DNA from: Eledone cirrhosa
Taxonomy: Eukaryota
Assembly (NCBI GenBank): GCA_964016885.1
Contig: OZ024742.1
Location: 80,290,001 to 80,354,000 of the forward strand
Length of the DNA: 64,000 nucleotides
Direction of reading: 5' to 3'
Below are positions 11,674-25,620 of this stretch, piece by piece. The notes below the pieces were generated by a model. That model was not told the origin of the DNA, made no database searches, and saw only the letters and a program-made list of their open reading frames with translations. Every line of letters starts with the position of its first letter. Positions within the stretch are counted from its first letter, which is position 1. Both the position numbers and the translations under genes were made by a program.

Positions 11674-12282
11674 CGTTTATCATATTTGCTGTTATATACA
11701 TTTCGTTGATAACCATTATTTAACAGCTATGATCTCATCCGACAGGAAGAACTTGAACAGAAAAAATACAGAAAAATAAAATGATGGAACAAAGTTTATC
11801 TCCCTTATTTCGCTCTTTTTGTTGGAGATTTGTAGGTATTCCAAAAATACAGGAGAACATCCAAGTTTCTTTAATATGACCCATGACTGAAATTACAGTC
11901 ATGAATCCTTACATTATCCAACACGTATATATCCAAATCGTTAGTTCTGTGTATGTCACCGCTCCCAAACAGCACATGATGTTGAAGAGATATCTGCACA
12001 GGGAGGTCAACGCAGCACGTGTTTAGGGCTACACATTTGCTGATCTGGAAATTCAACCATACAAAATTCAATGACAAGCAGACACAAGATGATTGGCGGT
12101 GAAACAAATCCGTGTTGATCTTCTTATTATAACTATTCCATAAACTACTGATCCCGAGGCATGTGATCCGTGATGTGAAAGGACACCCAGAACTGAGACA
12201 CGTAAGGAAGAGTGACCTTGGAAACGGAAAGAACAGGCGACGGTAGAATCCACACCGAGTCGTGTGTCCCTCAAAACTTCAG

Positions 12283-12287
<5 letters not shown>

Positions 12288-12374
<87 letters not shown>

Positions 12375-12402
12375 TGTATATATATATATATATATATATA
12401 CA

Positions 12403-12488
<86 letters not shown>
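12288..12488. repeat. (TA)n microsatellite
   Basis: About 200-bp interrupted TA tract. Confidence 0.95.
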
Positions 12489-12491
<3 letters not shown>

Positions 12492-13025
12492 TTGAGTGTA
12501 GTATCGTCTTGAGTGCTACTGGTAACAAGCAACCCAGTACAACCTGCCGCATGGTCGGGTCGTCGGTGACTAAACCGGCAACCTCACCAAGTTTACTTGG
12601 TGAGGAGGGTGATTTTGGACACCCTGCAGGACAAAGAACAAAACCTGACAACGGACGGAAGAATGGTAGTAATGCAACTTAAAGAGAGGAAAAGAGAGAC
12701 AAGTCAATGAATCTTGTGGGCTTAAGTCTGACAAATCAAATGGCGAGAAGAAATAGACGCGTCCGAGCAACGAAAAGATTGAGAGAGGAAATAATTTCAA
12801 GCAGGTCAGACGGGAGGAAATGTGAGAGGAGGAGTAGCAGAGAGTGAGTGAAGGTGTCAGAACGGGGCCATGCATTACTACCATGTTGTTTGTTTCCTTT
12901 CCTCTGTCCCGATAACTTAATTTAGTTATCGCCTGCACTGCTTTTAGGTTTAGTCTTTAATGCGAAGAAATACCAACGATAATCAGCAGACTACTGATGA
13001 AGGACATTCTTGTTTCTTGGTCTAT

Positions 13026-13127
<102 letters not shown>

Positions 13128-13144
13128 TTATATATATATATATA

Positions 13145-13536
13145 CTATCTGACCCGCCCGGCTGGCGTCCGGGCAGGTATCCCTGCCACCACCACTCCAC
13201 TGCAAATATACCACACACCCTCCCGTGTCACATTGTCCTTCCGACTCTCTCTCTCTCTATCTCTATGTGGATATATTGAATGGAGATACGAAACTAAAAC
13301 AGTGTTGTCATATAGAGTGTGAAGAAGAGCGACAGAGGGAGTAAAGCTGTTAAATTATAGAGAGGGGGAATGATCTTCCATACATACATACATACATACA
13401 TACATATAAAGTACAGATATGTGTGTGCGTGTTTCTGTATATGTACGTGTGTGTGTGCATGTGTGTGTCTGTGTGTTTTGTTTTGATGTTATCCGTCAAT
13501 TGGTGAAATCAGGTGTGAAAGTATCAGGTGTATGTA

Positions 13537-13570
<34 letters not shown>

Positions 13571-13772
13571 GCTGTGTGAGTGTGTGTGTGTGTGTTACTT
13601 ATGCGAGGAACGATAGAAAACGTGTGTGGGATACATACATTATTATATTTGTCAGGGTTGCCTTTTGATGTATGTATTACCTGCTGTCATATAGAGAGTG
13701 AAGAGAGACAGAGAGTAAACCAGTTAAATTATAGAGAGGGTGAAATAAGGAGAGAGAGAGAAAGAGAGAGAG

Positions 13773-13816
<44 letters not shown>

Positions 13817-14201
13817 AGGGACGACGCTCAGCTTTATAATATTAGAGAGTGAAGAGCGACTGAGAGAGTAAAGCACTTAAATTATAGAGAGGGGGAATGA
13901 TCTATTATAGAGAGAGCGACGAGCGATGGAGTGGATAAAGCTAAAAAACTACAGGGAGGTGTGTAGGATACATACGTGTTGACCGAATTTACATACGACG
14001 CTCATCTCTACGGAAAGTAAAAGAGTGTTGTCATATAGAGAGTGAAGAGAGACAAAGAGTAAAGCAGTTAACTTATAGAGAGAGGGAATGATCTATTATA
14101 GGGAGAAAGGGAAGAGCGACGGAGAGAGTAAAGCTAATAAACTATAGGGAGGTGTGTAGTATACATACATAATACGACACTCAGCTTTATAATATTATAG
14201 A
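13145..14201 (-). mobile_element. Non-autonomous Helitron-like element with internal dispersed repeats
   Basis: Minus strand begins A|TCTATAATATTATAAAGCTG and ends with GC hairpin GCCCGG-N7-CCGGGC (13156-13174) then ATAG|T (a CTAG variant). Inserted between A and T in TA tracts. Internal repeats GTCATATAGAGAGTGAAGAG...TTAAATTATAGAGAGGG near 13306, 13686, 13843 and 14030. Confidence 0.65.
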
Positions 14202-15800
14202 TATATATATATATACTCGGACAAACGGAAATCAATACTCGTTTCTTCAGTCACCGAATGTATGACAAGTATCAGCATATAAGATGTAAAACCAAATGTT
14301 AACATGGTTATTTAGCCTATAGTATTTCACTGGAAAATCGGGCATTTTTTCTTTTGTTCTTATCTCTTACGCGTTGTTTCCCCATTATGTTTATTATACA
14401 TTCAAGTTAATATATGTTCGTTATTAAGGATATGCTTGAATCATATTTCCATGGAGTTCTCAGATACCAGTCTTCCTTATCGACCTTTTGGGTAAGGGGA
14501 GAAAACACATTGTAGACAGAAGCTCGGGCGTAATAAACTGTTAATTATTCTATGCTCTGCCATATATTGGTCATATTCCATACAGTCAATGTTACGCTTG
14601 ATCGACATCACCATTGCAGATACTTTTCATATTCCTTTTATCTTTATTCTATCTGTGATCTCAAAATTCCTCATTAATCAATGTGCAAAAAATCTATTTC
14701 CCTAGAATTGCCCTCATTCGAAAATACCTCATAAATCTTAGCATTCATCAAACATTGAAGGAGAACATCAAGTTTAAGGTTTAAATAAAATGTACTAACG
14801 TTATGTCTGTATTTACTACAAATAGTAAATGGATCACTTTGAATATCAAATACCAAATATTTTTGGAATATTTTGAATAGGGTATCATAGATATATTATG
14901 GTAGACGAAAATGATAAGGTGATCAAAGTTAGAAATACTTTCTTTATAGGATTACATATTCAGTAATGTTTGCGCCGGGTCTAAATAATTACGCCAACAA
15001 AATACAGCCAACAATCAAATTGATTTAAAGAAAACGTAATTACTTTTTAAATCTAATTATTTTGTTCTCGTTTAATATGATTTAAATGAAAATATACATG
15101 CATTTCAGATTTCAATCATCGACATTCTATCAAAGGAAGCATGAAGAAGAAGAATAGGCATAGAGGGAAAGAAAAAACGTGTTATGTAAAGAGGAAAATA
15201 TAGATATATACGAATATAATGCAGAATTCGATCAAATGGGAAACAATTTTAGAACTGGTGAAACACAGTTTACCGAATTAGCATATAATCACGCTCACAC
15301 ACTTACACGCACACGCACATTCATTGACACCCTTAAGCAAATACTTATGCATGCATGTATGCATTATATCAAGTCGCTCCTGGGTGCTACATTTAACATG
15401 TAAAACATTAACACGTATTGTATAGTAGGCTCATCGGCAAATACACCGGCAACCCCACCATGATTCATTGGTAGAAAGATATTTGTGGACACTCTACGAG
15501 AAAAAAAAAACTGACAAAGGCCTGAAGAACTCATGACAGTCAACGACTATCCAATTTTGTGTATATATGTATATATATATATTGTCTGTGTGTAAATGTG
15601 GGGGGATTGTTTAATAAGGTTTAGTCCAAGTGTTAACATATGTTTCATCGCCAGGTAAACAATTGATTCTTGTCTTGAAATTGCTATCATCAATAATCGA
15701 TCGAGAATTATGACAACTCGATTTTATATACATAAAATGATACAGAGAGCCTGCTTGAAATAAACCCTATTGCATCGCTTATCCGTGTTAATCGTCTTAT

Positions 15801-15979
<179 letters not shown>

Positions 15980-16314
15980 GAGACGTATAGAGATTGTTTT
16001 AGCAAGAAGCTAACGGCATTCTATAACATATATGCGACTATAACGTCAAGATGGGAAAAGTAGTTAACGAAAGATTTAGGAAAAATAACTCAAACTCATC
16101 TCAAAAGAGAATCAGGATACAAATTCATCCACAGAATTTAGTAAAATCCATGGAAAAATCTATAGACATTTAACTCATGATAAAACAAAGTTTGAAACAC
16201 TTATCCTTCAATTTGGAATAACATCAAATGCTCTGTAGAGTCTTAAAAGACTATTTCATGAAAACTTTCAGTGGAGATGGTCACGGTTGGAATATCATTC
16301 ATCAGCAGAGCTGT

Positions 16315-16512
<198 letters not shown>

Positions 16513-16623
16513 AGTAAGTATGTTTTTAAACAGTGAGCAGGTTTGAAATTAGAAAATAGAATAGTTTTCACCGTATCTTTGACTAAAGAAATTTTAGTTT
16601 GATAATGGAGTTTAGAACCCTCA

Positions 16624-16678
<55 letters not shown>

Positions 16679-16692
16679 TATATATATGCATA

Positions 16693-17726
16693 GTGTTTGG
16701 TGTGTGTGTTTATATGTGTTTGTTGTTATTGTGCTTGTGTATATATTTATTCATTTATATTTCTCTTAAGTCAGTATTGTTTGTTTGGGTGTTGTTGTTA
16801 TTCCATTCATTTTTTCTGTTTAGATTTGGCTTTCTAAGCTCCATTTCGCTTGCTTCTCTGATTTACCTATCTGCTGGGTCATTTCTATGTTTAGATATAA
16901 TTTAAATTTCTATATTGTCTATGTTACCGTCATGTTGTTGTCTGGCGTGTTCGTATAGTACTGAACCATTTTTGTCCTTTCAATTACCCCCTCCCACCCC
17001 AGTGTTGGTCTATTCTCTCTCCTATCATGTTGTTTTCTCTCTCCTATCATGTTGGTCTATTCTCTCTCCGTCATGTTGTTGTCTGGCGTGTTCATATATA
17101 CATCTTATGCTATAGACTACATTTCTAGTTTTACAGTTTATCTGCGGGTATACATTACATATAACACATTTCTTATTTGTACAGATAAACTGAAAAACTA
17201 GAAATATAGTCTCTAGCATAAGATGTAGAGAGGGTACTTGCAGAAACATGACAACAACATACATAGGCCAGACAGCCCGAAGCATAGGAGAGAGAATAGA
17301 CCAACACTGGGGTTGGGGGGGGGGGGGGCAATTAAAACGACAAAAAATGGTTCAGTTCTATACGAACACGCCAGACAACAACATGACGGTAACATAGACA
17401 ATATAGAAATTAAAATTATATCTAAACATAGAAATGACCCAACAGATAAGCAAATCAGAGAAGCAAGCGAAATAGAGCTTAGAAAGTCAAATCTAAACAG
17501 AAGAAATGAATGGAATACCAACAACACCCAAACAAACAATACTAACTTAAGAGAAATATAAATAAATAAATATATACTCAAGCACAATAGCAACAAACAC
17601 ATATAAACACACACTAATAAACTAAGATAGAATAAAATAACCAAAATACAGTCACTCAAACGTGAACATACACACACCAAACACTATACAGACACGCAAA
17701 CGCATACGCAGAGAAGAAGACAAAAA

Positions 17727-17757
<31 letters not shown>

Positions 17758-18030
17758 GCAGATAAAATAAAAATGGGGTACACATACAAAACAACAGGAG
17801 GAAACATAATATCACTACTGATGATGTAGTAGATGTGCAACGAAAGAACTTTGTTAGACTATATATATGTATTTTTATGTGTACTTTTGACCGTTGGTCA
17901 GTCAATGATAAACATTGATCGCCGAATGAAGATATAAAAGATCCAGAAGCGAAAAGCAACCAAACAATGAGTGTGTTCTGTTATTATTTCTGGGAATATT
18001 ATTACAACAATATGACGCTCCCCAAGTATA
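16693..18030 (+). mobile_element. 5'-truncated Penelope-like element (GIY-YIG end + pLTR) with inverted upstream copy
   Basis: Plus strand 17185-17560 encodes KTRNIV.SIRC...YIGQTARSIGERIDQHW...EHARQQH...IREA..I...NRRNEW. 16693-17140 is its reverse complement. HHR-like core CTGATGA (17818)...GAAA (17842). Flanked by (TA)n. Confidence 0.85.
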
Positions 18031-18031
18031 A

Positions 18032-18065
<34 letters not shown>

Positions 18066-18070
<5 letters not shown>

Positions 18071-18183
18071 AAATTGAGGTTGGTAATGGCACATGGAATA
18101 TATAAGAGACAGAATACTTTTTTGTGAAAAAGTATTCTGTCTCTTATATATTCCATATGCCATTACCAACCTCAACTTTCTCT
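18066..18183. repeat. Near-perfect 57-bp hairpin, 4-nt loop
   Basis: Arms 18066-18122 and 18127-18183 with two transition mismatches. Confidence 0.95.
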
Positions 18184-18214
18184 ATAACCTTCGTTTTGTG
18201 TAGAAAATTACACT

Positions 18215-18280
<66 letters not shown>

Positions 18281-18439
18281 ATGACTGACCTTTTTGTTAT
18301 TTAGTACGTTTCTGTATTAATGGGTCAAACAATTTGTTGATTATTTATATATTATTGTTTACATCTGTCGGTTCCAGACTTGTTTAGAGTCTTTCAGAAC
18401 GTTTGTCATTGCCATCATTCGAAATTTGATTTTCGTGTT

Positions 18440-18660
18440 TTATTTATCTCATGTGGTTGGTAGCCTATGCTTTTGCCTGGCTAAGTTTTGCGTTCTTGAG
18501 CAAAACACTTTATTTCACGTTGCTCCAGTATACTCAGCTGAAAAAGAGTACAACCCTATGATGAATAGTTGTCGTGACCAGTGGGGTCTCACACCATCAG
18601 TCACTTGCGGGTATAGGCTCTGATCTGATGATCCACAGGGTTCGTGACAATTAGAATCCC
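18440..18660 (+). mobile_element. Degenerate CORE-type SINE
   Basis: TTCTTGAGCAAAACACTTTATTTCACGTTGCTCCAGTATACTCAGCTG resembles the CORE domain of mollusc SINEs. Confidence 0.55.
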
Positions 18661-20039
18661 TGCTAACGTAATGATATTTAAAAAGCTAGCAGTCGTCCAT
18701 GTATTGTTTATTACCCATAAAGACGTTTTAAACATTCTTAGTATCAATAATTAAGATCGCTTAAATTTTCAGTTCCACTATTTTAAGTGGAGATTAATTA
18801 TCTACATTTCAACTTTCGACATTAGTAATTCAGTATAGTATTTATATTGAAGGGTGGTGCAACAGGGTGTTGATCAGGCAAGCATAATCTGTTAAATCAT
18901 ACTCTGCTATATCACATATCGTCATTAGACTCGGATATATTCTACTACAAAATATAACCCGAGTTTACTGTTCGCATATTGATTTGATTTATCTAAATTT
19001 CTCCTAATATTAGTTATTATTCATATGTTTGTTGTTGATATTTTACATAACATTACACCACCTACATATTGTATATATTTGAGGATTTATAGCACATAAT
19101 TTATAAAATTATTTATAGAAAAAATACGTTTCAGCACAATAAATGATATGAACATTGTTTGTATCAAACACTAAGATTAAATCGATGAATGTATGAGATA
19201 TTAGATGTTCATATTTCTGTCTATCGCTTGTTAGTATATCATTCTGTCTTCTGTTCAGTATGTCTCTCTCTTTTTACATCGTTATATATCTAATAACTTG
19301 TATGGGTTAGATTTGAAAATAAAAGATGAATTCTAGTATTTGTGATAACGCTATAATTATATTTAAAATAGAATTTAAAGAAAAATTATGAGGATTAATA
19401 CGATATATTAAAAACATAAATATTTTATCGAACATAAAATCTGTTTTGTCGGATATATAGATATTTATATACAAATTTTATGATTTGAATTTAGTAAGGT
19501 TCTAAAGTAAATTGTTTCATTAAATGTTTTTTTTATGAACCAAGCATAGGAATCAGAGAAGTTACGTCACTTCCAATTGGGATTGCTTTGAAAAGTGATG
19601 ATTGTTATGGTGACGATGAGAAATCATAAAAAAATTCTTGTTTCATGCAATAAAATACAAGCTAAACATATCATATTTCCGTGGTAGGCAGCTATGGCAT
19701 CGGTTTGATTTGTTGTAAGTGATAGGATCAAATTTTGATAATTTTATTTGATTGTATATTTTATGATGTTTCAAGGCGATTCGGTGTTTTGAAATTTGAA
19801 ATGTTAGAATCCAAACTGAGAAATCGCAATAAATGATAACACCTTTAGAAAAGGGATGAATTATATTTAGGTTTAGTAAAAAGTAGCCAGCAGCCAATAG
19901 AAACTCCTTATTTTCTCGCAATCTGTCGATAAGTTTATTATGCCTGAATTTCGAATTTCTAATACTATCATTTCTGCAACTGGATTTCAACATATATAAA
20001 TTGTTAATGAAATCAGCCGAATAGTCAACTGGTACTATG

Positions 20040-20930
20040 AAACGTGTTAGGTGGGACGTTCAAAATCTGAATTCATAGCTATGGCCGAAACAAACTTGCA
20101 AATAAATACATAGGGACCTGAATTATGAAAGAAATCGTTCTACTTACATGATATTGACTGGTAATGTATACATTTGTTAAGGACGCCAACTGAATAGATA
20201 TCCGTATAGCTTCTGCCGGCCTTACTCTTCAAATTGAAACCTTGATTTCAATGTGGAAACGTTCAAATCTATATTTCAGAGTGCACACAATGCGTTATTT
20301 TTAATGGAGATGACTGAACGTGACTTAAAGTAAACTACATACCACTATTCCAGGTCTGGACTGATCAGAGATGTACAGCCGAACATGGGATTCAGAGTGG
20401 GTATCTGTACATAAATTGTACAACCCTTTCCGCATCACTTCGGTATGATTGTCCTTCCGAACACCAGTACGTCCTTGTATATCTGCCTCATAATTTGCGT
20501 TAATACTGACTACTGGATGTAACGTTTACGGGGTAGCAGAAATTCGTGATGTCAGAGAAGGAGGAAAACGAAGAGCCAAACCTTGCTAAGGAACGTTTTT
20601 GGCGGGTAGTTAAAAACTGAATTCATAGCCCGAAACTCTCAGTCAGCTAGTGACAAGAAATATAAAAAACAGAATTTCAAAGGAGACAAAACTGAAATAT
20701 AAAATAAAGGTTCTACTTACGTTCAATTTCTGACATACGGGTTAGGGGATGGAATATATATGTTTGTTAACGAAACTAGCGGAATAGTGACGGGAATAGC
20801 CATGACCGGCCCATTATTCACGCAATGACACCTACTATGATTAGAGCGTGAGACATACATAACTATACATTAGAGTGCACGCAATAGGTTATTATTAATG
20901 GAAACGACTGCACGTTGGAAATGGTAAATT
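20040..20930. repeat. Diverged direct duplication, about 300-bp units
   Basis: Collinear shared blocks: CTGAATTCATAGC, GTTCTACTTAC, TTTGTTAA, CCGGCC and AGAGTGCAC.CAAT..GTTATT.TTAATGGA at about 20065-20320 and 20617-20910. Confidence 0.65.
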
Positions 20931-21649
20931 GCATTTTGCTGCCTTCGTTTCAAAGCTTCCAGAAATTTTAAAAAGATGGCGTGATATGTTTGTGATCTGG
21001 ACATCTAGATGTGATTATATGTTGAGGGGTGACTAGGTTGTTATAAGACCGGTACTTTGAAGTCTATATTAGCAACTTAAGTGTTACAATTGAAATTAAT
21101 TTTCATTGTATGAACATAAATTTGCTGGATTGCCTTTAATCAGAGATTGAAGGCCAGGTCTGTTTTTTATTTTGTTTCATTATTTATTGGTAAACTTTGA
21201 TTCTGAACCAACAAGATATCTGTATTCAGATAATTAAGTATTTGAATAACTAAGAGGTTGTATCTGTGCCACTGAGAAAGATTCTTATGTCGTACGACGA
21301 GGAAATGTGTGGTAATATTAAAATAAATACGTTCATTAAGTGGCTAACATTGTGTATGGTAATTTATTTGCCCAGTACTATTGAGCGAGAAGTACTGAAT
21401 TATCCCTTTATATCCACTTTCGATTGAATCCTAACTATAAACAAGAGCAGGCTTCTATATCGTAAATAATGTTGGGAAATTTTATTTGAAAAGATTAGTT
21501 ATTCAGCTCTTGTACGAGCGTAAGAAATTTATTTGTATATAAGGACAGTATTGAAATGTGCAGCCGGGTTGGAGGTGACATCGCGACTAGCGGGTTTAAA
21601 ATCAGTCGGATGGAAGTTGGAGATGATATTGTGTTACTTAACTCAACAG

Positions 21650-21945
21650 AATGGGATCTCCGGCCTGAACTTGATTGGTATGAAAATCAGTGCGGCAAAA
21701 ACTGAGACACTCTTCCTCGCAAGGAAGTCTTCACAGTGCACTCTACATGTGAATGAAGTCCCACTGAAGCAGTTGGAGTGCTTCAAGTGTTCACGAATGG
21801 TGGATAACAGGAGGTTGAATTAAATGCAAGAATCGCATGAGCTAGTGCAGCAATGCGCCGAATTCAGCCTTCGGTAAGGAGAAGAAAGAAAGTGGGTGTA
21901 AAAGTCAAAATTTCGATATTCAAATCGGTATTAGGGACAGCCCTT
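21650..21945 (+). mobile_element. RTE LINE fragment
   Basis: GMKISAAKTETLFLARKSSQCTLHVNEVPLKQLECFK, then KISIFKSVL. Same family as the 8.0-8.6 kb fragment. Confidence 0.75.
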
Positions 21946-22754
21946 ACGACCACCTCATCAATAATAATAAGAGAACTTTCATGTAGTAAAGATTTTCCTT
22001 TTAGTATTGAATTTTTAAGTGATATCCAGAAAACAGTAAGGATCGCCTTTACTGTTAGGTTAAGATTAAATCTCTCAAGATTTCTATTGCATCGTTTCTG
22101 GATTTATCTATAGTTGCTACACTATTACACAGTTATCACTGACTAATCAGGCCGAATTCAAATTGAGGAGAGTGTTCAATATTTTAGAAATCCTTTAATT
22201 AATATATATACGAATATATAAAATATATAAAATTGCTGAGATGTGACAACTTCTGTTTTTCTCTTTTTCTGTTTAATGAAATTCAATATACTCTCAATAT
22301 TCGATTTCTGATGACAGTTTTACTACGAAAACATTAAGAGATTGCCATCTTTTCCTTTCAACCCTAAACTAATATAGAAATGTTGCTGTGGAATGTTTTT
22401 TTTTTCTGGCGATATTCATTTATTACTCTTGTCGAGGGACAAGTGTTTCACTAGTTTGTTAGAAACTGTAACCCTAGATGAAGTCGCAGTAACTTCACTA
22501 TGGTTCGAATCAGTGTACGTACATTTTGACGACTGGAGAACGTATACTTTGAACTGTTGCCTGAACAAATATATATATATACATGCGAATACGTCCACAC
22601 GCATACACACACCCCCATATATATATATATATATACACACACACCCACACATGTATATACATATACACACACATATATATTTACACAAACACACACACAC
22701 GCACACACGTACGCACACAAACACACACACACACACAGACATATATATATATAT

Positions 22755-22934
22755 AAACAAATAAAGTGTGGTAAGAAACCAGGTGGACCATAACGCACCA
22801 GAGTACTGGATACTTAGGGTAGTAGAGTGGGTAATAGAAAAAGAGTGAGGACCACGACGGCTGAGCTCCGGCCGTTTCGACAGCCCCCATCTAGCTGCCG
22901 AAAGAGCCGGAGCTCAGCCGCCGGGGTCCACACT

Positions 22935-22940
<6 letters not shown>
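22755..22940 (-). mobile_element. Mini fold-back element, family C (PLE pLTR end carrying the 3' half of an HHR)
   Basis: Homologous to 49395-49592. Arms 22849-22884 and 22894-22929. GAAA-CGGC..GAGCTC..GCCG-TC motif. Flanked by TA tracts. Confidence 0.65.
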
Positions 22941-22998
<58 letters not shown>

Positions 22999-24420
22999 AC
23001 AGTGTGTCCTACATGACTGTGTACACATGTTTAATATAATGATGTTGAAGTGTGTATACATTTGTGCAACACCCTATGTATAAATATAGTTCTATATGCC
23101 TGTGTAAATGTTTATATACTGTATGTATAATGTAGATCATAAAACCTGAATTATATGACAGGTACCTAAAGAGGAAACGCTTGATTGTACTAATAAGACT
23201 GCCCAATTGTTTATAAAATGTTATGCTGTTGGTTAGGCGCAACATATTTGTCTATCAGTTTGTGAGCTTTTGAAAGGTGTTCTACAAACTTTGTGTTCGC
23301 CTCGTAACGGATACTTTGCTTATATATGTACAGTAATTGAACATGTTCATCTTAGATTGTGAGAAACCTCTGAAAACTGCAAATTTTCTGATTGAATTGT
23401 AGAACTATAATATCTAATGTGGTTGTTTCAATATTTTAGACATTGTTCAATTACATGTAGTATATCGATATTGACGGGATATTTAATTTAAGTACACTAC
23501 GTTGATAATGCCCGAATATATTGTAAGATTGTGAAACATTCTCTAAAACATAATGATCACGTTTTAGTGGTAAAGATATCACCATGCTTGCGGAAAGCTA
23601 TACAAACAATTGCATTCGGCCTTGCATTGTTATTGTTAGGGAGATTAGAGGTTCACTTTCACTAACCTCATTATCTACATGTAAAGAGATAAAAATGTCA
23701 TTCTTGAATTTTCCATTAATATTCCCAACATCAATATTTATATTGATCTCCATCAAAGGCGTATATCAATTTTATATAGTTAGTTCATTTAAAGCGTTCT
23801 TATACGAGAAATTATTGTTTCACAAACACTATTTTACATATAACTTATATGTTATGACACCTTATTCCTTTTTTTTCAAATTAATATGGAATACAATATT
23901 AAATAATTTGAATCGAACTAGAAATATACGTGATATTCCCCGAGAGAATCATTTTATGCGCTACACCATAATGATAATTAAGAACATTCATTTACTGTTT
24001 AATATACGGAAAATTAAAAATGAACTGAATATAATATACTTTTTTAAATGATTATATTCAACGATTTTATATAATTTTAATTTAAATCTACTGTAAAACA
24101 AATTGAAAAACTGCAAAAAAGAAAGAACAATAATTGTTGATAATATAAAGTAACATAAATATAGATTGGAAATTCATTTTATAGGAAAGTGAAAATCCAA
24201 TACACCAAGAAACATTATCTTTCATAGAAAAACGCTGACAAACAATGTCTTAGAAATAAAACCTTAAAAGAGATAGAAATTGATAAGTGAAGACTGATTC
24301 ATTTGTTTTCATATAAACTTACTTGAAACAAAATATTCTGAATTTTATCGATACTCTGAAATGCAAAGTTATGAAAATATTCAAACAAAACTTTTCTTTT
24401 ATATTAGAATGTTATTATTA

Positions 24421-24541
24421 GTTCGAGTTCAAATCCCGTCGAGGTTAACTTTGCCTTTCATCCTTACGGGGTCGATACAATAAAGTACCAGTAATGTACT
24501 GGGTAATTGCTGGCCTTGTGCCAAAAATAGAAACAATTATT
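24421..24541 (+). mobile_element. tRNA-derived SINE, 5'-truncated
   Basis: B-box GAGTTCAAATCCC, Nin/Deu-type core and tail identical in layout to 2217-2393. Confidence 0.85.
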
Positions 24542-25469
24542 AGTTCTCAATATTGATGCTGAGCCAGTTAATTATATATCGAAATAGCCAGTGTTCCAAT
24601 AATTACAGGCGTACATCTGACACTGTATTCCATGTGGCGTATCTATAGTTTTTTCAATAGTTCGGAATAGAGGATGTTCCATTACACGCACGTTTAGCGT
24701 TACATTAACGCTTTGGCAACAGATGCCCACTAATACTCCTACGTTTTGGATTGGTCGATGTTTTCCTGTCAAGAAGTGTTCGTATGTTCTACGTTGCAAC
24801 ATTCAGTGGTATTCTATACTTTTGGAAATCATTATTATTTTTCCTCTTGTTTCTCATGCTGGTATGAACAGCCGTCAGCGACAGGATGTTGAGCAGCTTC
24901 ATTGTGGAATAGACAATGTTTGGGTCACCTTTACTAGACCAATATTTGGGTGAGCCATGTTATCCTTAGAAAAGGCTGCGCAGTCACAAAATACTTCGCC
25001 CAAGCTAGTTCCTATTCCGAAAATTGGCAACGAAGTTACATAAGCCTTAAGCCGTCTGTGTGCAGATTAGAAACTGCATACTTCCGACTCGTTACGTCTG
25101 TACACTGCACTGCTTCCCCATGGCTACATGACTTTAAAGAGATATCTGCGCAATGAGATCATAGCAGCATACGCTTGTTTAAAACATATGCTGCTCGCTA
25201 AGTATCATAACCAGAATCTGATGACAAGCAGATGCAAGATCATTAAGTTTGAGCTATTGTACTTTTATGTTACTGAGTTGTGGCTCGAAGAAATTACATT
25301 TGCTATGATTCGTTAAGATCTTCCGCATTAATATAACTCATTATATATTGGTCATCAATTCATTCGTTTTATGATACCTTGCCTAATACGTAAATTGTAT
25401 CGTGAAGAAATTGCTGGTTAGTGGGCTACCACCTCAGCTCGATTGTACAACGATGGCCTCATCTAGATA

Positions 25470-25620
25470 TAATTGTTTCTACTTTTGGCACAAGGCCAGC
25501 AATTAGCCAGTACATTACTGGTACTTTATTTTATCGACCCCGTAAGGATGAAAGGCATAGTTAACCTCGGCGGGATTTGAACTCAGGTCGTAAAGGGATG
25601 TAACTACGCGGTAAGCATGT
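25470..25620 (-). mobile_element. tRNA-derived SINE
   Basis: Reverse complement of the same SINE family. Confidence 0.85.

Noticed and set aside
14455-15260. Possible host exons (ttctcag..gtaagg micro-exon at about 14464-14491; tttcag acceptor at about 15108)
   Set aside because: No recognisable protein and no consistent frame or partner exons; such splice-like motifs occur by chance.
19643-24051. AT-rich ORFs 19643-19993 and 23584-24051
   Set aside because: No motifs; composition matches non-coding AT-rich DNA.
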